DNA of 63,738 nt, counting the filler, from Guillardia theta CCMP2712 (taxonomy: Eukaryota; Protista; Cryptophyta), in NCBI RefSeq assembly GCF_000315625.1. It is 4 parts of 4 records of this genome, joined end to end, with 100 filler letters (N's around TTAATTAATTAA, not from the genome) between each part and the next. Parts side by side here need not be neighbours in the genome. Positions count along the whole stretch, not along the records: positions 52,653 to 60,040 come from NW_005434229.1; positions 60,141 to 63,738 come from NW_005434119.1; 2 more parts are not named here. One strand, 5' to 3'. Positions 58,457-63,738 of the stretch are shown piece after piece; position 1 is the stretch's first letter, and every line of letters begins with the position of its first letter. Below the pieces are notes generated by a model. It was given only the letters and a program-made list of their open reading frames with translations, ran no database searches and was not told the DNA's origin. The position numbers were made by a program, and so were the translations under genes.

Positions 58457-59476
58457 ATGTTTACTGACTTCCTGTCTTTCTTAAGTAGGTCGCCGCAGTC
58501 ACATGCGTACGATCCGTCGGAAACTGTCATCCAGCAGGAGGCTGTTGTACGTGACGATAGTGTTGACAGTGGTCGTACAGTGCCTTCATGGTTGGAGAGT
58601 AGGGATGAAAACGAAAGAGATGGTCCCGCCCTTCCCTTGAAAGCCAGTTTTCGTGACATCGTGGAGGAAAACGAGCACCTACGCCGGACATGTAGAGAGC
58701 TCAGGTCTGTGGAACAGAGCAACATGGATAAGATGCACAATCTCGTAAATGCACTCGCAGAATCCCAGAGAGAAGCTGATCGCAAACTCCAGGATCTTGT
58801 GAGGGCACTTGAGGAATCCCAGCGAGAGAACCGTAGGCTTGCCAAGGAGGCAGCGGAGATGCGTGTACTGCTTTGTGAGCGGGTTCGGGAACCCGAGGAC
58901 AAGCCTCACAAGCTTAAGCATGCGGAGAATGACGGTGGTCAGATTTGCAAGCTGGATCCGAAGTCATTGTTGCAGTACAATGGTGAGCAGACCATGGAGA
59001 GGTCGGTGGTCTCATGGCTCGGATATATCGAAGGCAGGTGTATGGCTGAGCAAGATCAGTTCTCAGCTGAGCATGGTGATTGGGAACAGTTTGTGGAGAA
59101 ACTGTTGTTGAAATGGTTACCGTTCGAGTTTATTGAGAAACTTGAGCGTCATGTGCAGAAGCAGGCTAGGCAAGGGCCCAAGGAGTCCGTCGAGGCGTAC
59201 ACCGCAAGATTCCAGGCGATGGTTACACACCTGCAGGCGTGCTACCTTGTGTCCAAGAGACCTAGTGTTGCGCTAGGTAGCTGGGAACGCGCCTTTGTCG
59301 ATGGGATTCAAATGGACTATGCGCGTGCCATGCTACGGAAGGAATTGAGCATGCTATTTGCAATTAACAACTTCATGACGAAACTCGCGGTCACCTCATT
59401 GAACAAATTCTGTGCAAAATACCGTTCAAGACCAAACCTCGTGCAAGCCGCTGTCTCGACTTGTCCTTGTCCATGA
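58457..59476 (+). CDS. Retrotransposon gag-like protein (coiled coil plus capsid-like region)
   Basis: YNGE..VVSWL..WEQFVEKLLLKW..RQGPKESVEAYTARF..AFVDGI matches the Retrotrans_gag pattern. Confidence 0.7.
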   Translation: MFTDFLSFLSRSPQSHAYDPSETVIQQEAVVRDDSVDSGRTVPSWLESRDENERDGPALPLKASFRDIVEENEHLRRTCRELRSVEQSNMDKMHNLVNALAESQREADRKLQDLVRALEESQRENRRLAKEAAEMRVLLCERVREPEDKPHKLKHAENDGGQICKLDPKSLLQYNGEQTMERSVVSWLGYIEGRCMAEQDQFSAEHGDWEQFVEKLLLKWLPFEFIEKLERHVQKQARQGPKESVEAYTARFQAMVTHLQACYLVSKRPSVALGSWERAFVDGIQMDYARAMLRKELSMLFAINNFMTKLAVTSLNKFCAKYRSRPNLVQAAVSTCPCP

Positions 59477-59834
59477 AATAATACCATGCAACAAGCCATA
59501 AAATGATTTGCTAAAGCTGAAAACCTGTTGACAAAATCCGAAGTCTTTTCCTCTGACCCTTGTATCTCAACCTATCTGAAGACAACCAAACCAATTACAC
59601 TAAAGAGGTATGAGGATAAGAACAATCTGAACATGATGAAATTCAATGATATAGCAGAATGGGACATATCCAAAGATCATGTAAAACTCCTATTGGATTC
59701 ATTGAGTGAAGAGTACCGGGTGGGAAAGAAATGGTTTTTACCATTACAGAGCATCTTAGGGAGGACAAAGGACACGAGAGGCATAACTAAAGGAACCCTA
59801 GAGGGTATTTGTTTAGATTTATCAAAAACTTGAA

Positions 59835-60040
59835 ACCTCTGAACTTTTAGGGGGTATTTGTTCAGATCTATCAAAACCCTCTGAACTTTAAGGGGATGAT
59901 TGTCCGGCCGCTCAGGAAAGATGCGGAACATATGAGGGACTTTAAGGGGATGATTGTCCGGCCGCTCAGGAAAGATGCGGAACATATGAGGGGTATTTGT
60001 TCATATTCGGAGAGATGGACCTCTGAACTTTTAGGGGGTA
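59835..60040. repeat. 54-bp tandem duplication plus recurring CTCTGAACTTT(T)AGGGG motif
   Basis: Unit CTTTAAGGGGATGATTGTCCGG...ATATGAGGG occurs twice; the motif recurs near 59838, 59879 and 60021. Confidence 0.8.
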
Positions 60041-60140
60041 NNNNNNNNNNNNNNNNNNNNNNNNNNNNNNNNNNNNNNNNNNNNTTAATTAATTAANNNN
60101 NNNNNNNNNNNNNNNNNNNNNNNNNNNNNNNNNNNNNNNN
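60041..60140. other. Artificial scaffold linker
   Basis: N-TTAATTAATTAA-N, 100 nt. Confidence 0.97.
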
Positions 60141-60574
60141 GTGGATCACAAAGACCTTCTTGTTGTGGTCGCAAACTCACAGAGCCTACATCCCCAACTC
60201 TCATCTAGCAAGGTGATGAGACAGTCGCCCATGTCGTCAGCGCTCATTGCAGCATTGCAGGCGCTACCCTGAGCATCGATGGATGCACCTGCTAGGCCTG
60301 TCAGACGTCTCGGCCGTTGGTCAGGGAGAGCAGAGAATCGTCGCAGACTTGACGAATCGAAGCCAACAAGAGCATGAGCAAGGGCCGGAGGAGGAAGGAG
60401 GGAAGGGGAGAGGAAAGGCGAAGGGAGGGGAAGGGGAGAGTTGACACTGAAGGCTAATGTGTTTTTAATCTTTGCAAGCATGAGGGGATATTTTGAGGAG
60501 AGCACGAGTTTGGTAGAGGGCATCTACTTTCCTTTCATCGCGTCACAGTCCGTTTGTTCTGACAGATGTTCATT

Positions 60575-61974
60575 TCATTGCGAGCAAGCCACGCATGAGG
60601 GCCAAGTGCTATCACTGAACAGTCTAGTGCATGCCCTACACCACCACGATGACGGCGCAAGATCAGCCTTCCGATAGATCCTACGACCCACCTGACCTTC
60701 ATCCCGCGGTTCCCCCACTATGAACATGTCGTTTGCAGCTTCTCGCTTCACTCTACTCAGCGAGTCCGAGCCCTTGCGATCGGCGTAGTATACGTGCCCG
60801 TCCGCGGACGTCAGGTACCACTTGCCCGATGCAGCCATCAGGTCGTACTCCTGCCGGTCCTCGGGGCCTCGCGGGCCTCTCATCCCAGGCAGTCCCGGCA
60901 AACCTGCTGGTCAGTGAGCGACAAAACTCAAACTTGTAGGACACATATCGCTTCTAGCACACATATCGCTTCTAGCACACATATCGCTTCTAGCACACAT
61001 ATCGCTTCTAGCACACATATCGCTTGTTGCAGACACACCAGCTTTTCCGGGAAGCCCAGGAAGCCCCTCAAACCCTCTTCGACCCTCTTTGCCTGGGAGA
61101 CCTGCCATGACACAGTTACTCTCTTGTTCCTCTCCCCTCTCTTCATACCTTGCGCCCCCTGCTCCCCGACGTCCCCTCGAGGTCCCTCTGCTCCTTGCAG
61201 ACCTTGCATCCCCCTCACTCCTGCAGCTCCCGCCTTGCCCTCGTGGCCCGGAGCTCCAACATGTCCAGTGGCGCCATCCTTCCCTGAGAATCAGCATGTG
61301 ACTGTGTGAAAGTGCGAGTTGATATGGCTGCACCTCGAACCCCCTTGACCCCTTCCTGGCCTGCAGCGCCCGGCATTCCTGGACTTCCCGTCCCTCCAGG
61401 GGGGCCCGGAGGACCAGGTGGGCGCTTTGCAAACATTTTCATCAAGTCTTGGACATCTGCATCTAGCCTGTGAAAGTTTTCTCGCAGGTTGTTGTCTTGA
61501 GCTGTCAGCTTCCTTTGCGTGAGGACCAGGTGCTGCTGCAACATCTTCTCACTCCAATCTGCGTCAAAAGCTGGCGAGCTCTCAAATTCATTCGTCGGAG
61601 TCAGCGAGCTCTTGCTATGCTTGCTTTCCTCATCCGAGTTAAGTAGTAAGCCAGCTAAACATCCAAGCAAGATACATGTGAAGAGCAGGAGATGCGTCCT
61701 GGTGCTGCTACCAGCATCCTGATCGCTTAGAAGTCACGGACACAGCGAATCACAAGAATCGGCGCCGTCGAAACAGAGACAGAGACAGAGACAGAGACAG
61801 AGACAGAGACAGAGACAGAGACAGAGACAGAGATAGAGAATAGAGATAGAGACAGAGACAGAGGGTCAGTGACAGGAAGGGGCTGGGGTCAGGAGCTTAG
61901 AGCTTCATGCTTACTTGGCTTGGATGCTGCTGGCTCCAACCTGCCCGCGTCTCTTCCCTCATTTCCTGGCTCAT
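60575..61974 (-). CDS. Collagen-like (Gly-X-Y) type II membrane protein, multi-exon
   Basis: MSQEMREE../..HLLLFTCILLGCLAGLLL (TM), coiled coil, then PPGPPGPPGGTGSPGMPG..GMQGLQGAEGPRGDVGEQGAQG..GLPGKEG..GMRGPRGP, and a C-terminal CxxC..CxxC. Confidence 0.8.
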
Positions 61975-62359
61975 ATTTGTGGCATATACAGTGGACCATC
62001 TCCCCTCCAAGGCCCGGGCCCCCTGGGCCCGGGTGCCAGGCCGGGCTACGGGCCCGGGCCCCCCGGGCCCTGGGCCTAAACCACTGAGGTATGGGCTAGA
62101 GGCAGTGGTTGGCCCGCGGATGAGATCGAATATAGTAGTTCCACCGTGACGAGCAGTGACGAGGACGAGACTGAGACGAGATCGGACGGCCTGCCGCAGT
62201 GCCGCCGGGCCCGAGCCACGCCGTGACCGCCGCTGGCGGCGCCGGGCCGGGCCCCGGGTTGCAAACTTGAAAGTTGTCCGAGTACGGTCCGCCGCTGCGG
62301 CGATGCCGCGGGGCCGGGGTTTTGGCGGCTGGTGGAGTTTTACTCCGGCCTCGCAGAAG

Positions 62360-63715
62360 GTAAACTTCACTTCGAGGTCGTCACTGGCGGGATTACACTT
62401 GGCGGCCTGCCTATCGGCACGGATGGTCCGCGGCCACCAGCTTTGTGGCGGCGGCGGACGTCTCGACTGACAGTGGTCAGTCGGCTGCCTCCGGGTATCG
62501 CGTCTGAGTCTAAGGGATTTTATTCCTCCTGCATGCTCCTGCTGCTTGTTGCTTGATTGCCTGACCCTTAGGCTGCTTGTCTGCGCGGCTTCGCGCTTGG
62601 GCTGGCGATGCCGCGTCTGGGTGCCAGCAGTGCTGGTTCTTTTCGGGCTTGTGTTTTGTGTGTGATTGTGCAGCTTCTCGCTGTGCGCAGTGTGCCAGTG
62701 TGCCAGGAGGTTCAGCTTGTTCCTCAGTGCTTTGTTTTGCTTGAGGCACTTTTTACCTTCTGCCAGTAAATCGGACTATCCTTGCTAGTCAGCTACGAGC
62801 GAAGGTTTCTACCCTCAACGAAGAGCTCTCGAAGCTCGGGCTCGTCCAGCTTAGAGTCATGTTCAAGACGCTGGTGAGGGCGAGCCATCTCCAGAAGCTG
62901 CGCTTCTTCCTCCAGGGGTCATCTCCGTTTCTCCCGCGGGTCCAGTCACAGATTCGTCGCTTTGACCTCTCTGTCCACCTGGCGCGCGGCTTGAGAAATA
63001 CCACCGCTGGCCTTCCTCGCAGTACCTCGCCGCGCATCCCGACCTGCTCGAGTTTGCGAGGTTCAAGCGGGAGCTTCCGCATAGTCGGGGAGGGGACGAG
63101 TTCACGCCCTCTGAGGGTCTACACCCCGCTGCTTACTATACGGCTATCGCTCGCTTCCTCGCTTGGTACTCTGACCAGCCCATGTCCCGGACGCTGCCCT
63201 CTCCTCATAGCCTGGACGTTCACTGCTCGAGATCTCTCCGTGCCCAGAAGCATCCTCTGGCGACCTTCTTCGTTGAGGCGCACGACTTCGTTCATAATGC
63301 TGGAGCGATCCTCTACCGTCGTGTCGGAAGGCTCCTGCACCGGCCCGCCTGCAGATGGCACGGCGATCCCATCTGCCCCGGCTGCTACTAGGCTATGCCT
63401 GATGAAAAGTGCCTCAAGCAAAACAAAGCAGGAACAAGGGAGGGGGTGGATTTACTGGCAGAAGGTAAAAAGTGCCTCAAGCAAAACAAAGCAGGAACAA
63501 GCTAAACCTCCTGGCACACAGCGCACAGCGAGAAGCTGCACAATCACACACAAAACACAGGCCCGAAAAGATCCAGCACTGCTGGCACCCAGACGCGCAG
63601 CGCAACCCAAGCGCGAAGCCGCGCAGACAAGCAGCCGAAGGGTCAGGCAATCAAGCAACAAGCAGCAGAACATGCAGGAGGATTAAATCCCTTAGACGCG
63701 ATACCCGGAGGCTGT
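62360..63715. mobile_element. Second rearranged nest of CRE-like family 1 fragments
   Basis: LHFEVVTGGITLGGLPIGTDG, MFKTLVRASHLQKL... and 3' UTR copies in both orientations, homologous to 18830-28190. Confidence 0.9.
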
Positions 63716-63738
63716 CGACTGAATACTTTCAGTGGAGA

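Noticed and set aside
30774-60140. TTAATTAATTAA as a biological motif, and linkage across it
   Set aside because: Artificial concatenation spacer; features on either side are not known neighbours.

Overview
Eukaryotic, intron-rich, microsatellite-rich draft assembly. Short GT-AG introns, bipartite leaders and LRGG leaders point to an alga with a secondary plastid, most plausibly a cryptophyte (inference). Three artificial 100-nt N-TTAATTAATTAA-N linkers join four unrelated scaffolds: 1-30773, 30874-52552, 52653-60040 and 60141-63738. Recognisable host genes: BAH-domain protein, PUR+RRM fusion, 2OG-Fe(II) dioxygenase, EF-hand protein, phosphate carrier with a plastid-type leader, CBM20-like+SPP-type HAD phosphatase, CSN7, RING-H2 ligase and a collagen-like membrane protein. 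Mobile DNA: two families of CRE-like non-LTR retrotransposons with restriction-like endonuclease (REL), Ty3/gypsy pol and gag remnants, and an AT-rich virus-like island with a CoiA-type nuclease. Two things stand out. (1) A cluster at 34.4-42.3 kb of five intronless small genes plus a relic, with variable N-termini and a conserved ~42-aa C-terminal module (G[KR]RLLQSS..DG.[WY]T....S..[DE]..ARR[LM]YNQSIS) that is nucleotide-identical between gene pairs. (2) A ~9.5 kb nest of one CRE-like element in which short pieces of its own 3' end sit inside its own ORF flanked by direct repeats, twice at the same CTCGAG site in opposite orientations. Exon boundaries were read by eye and are approximate.
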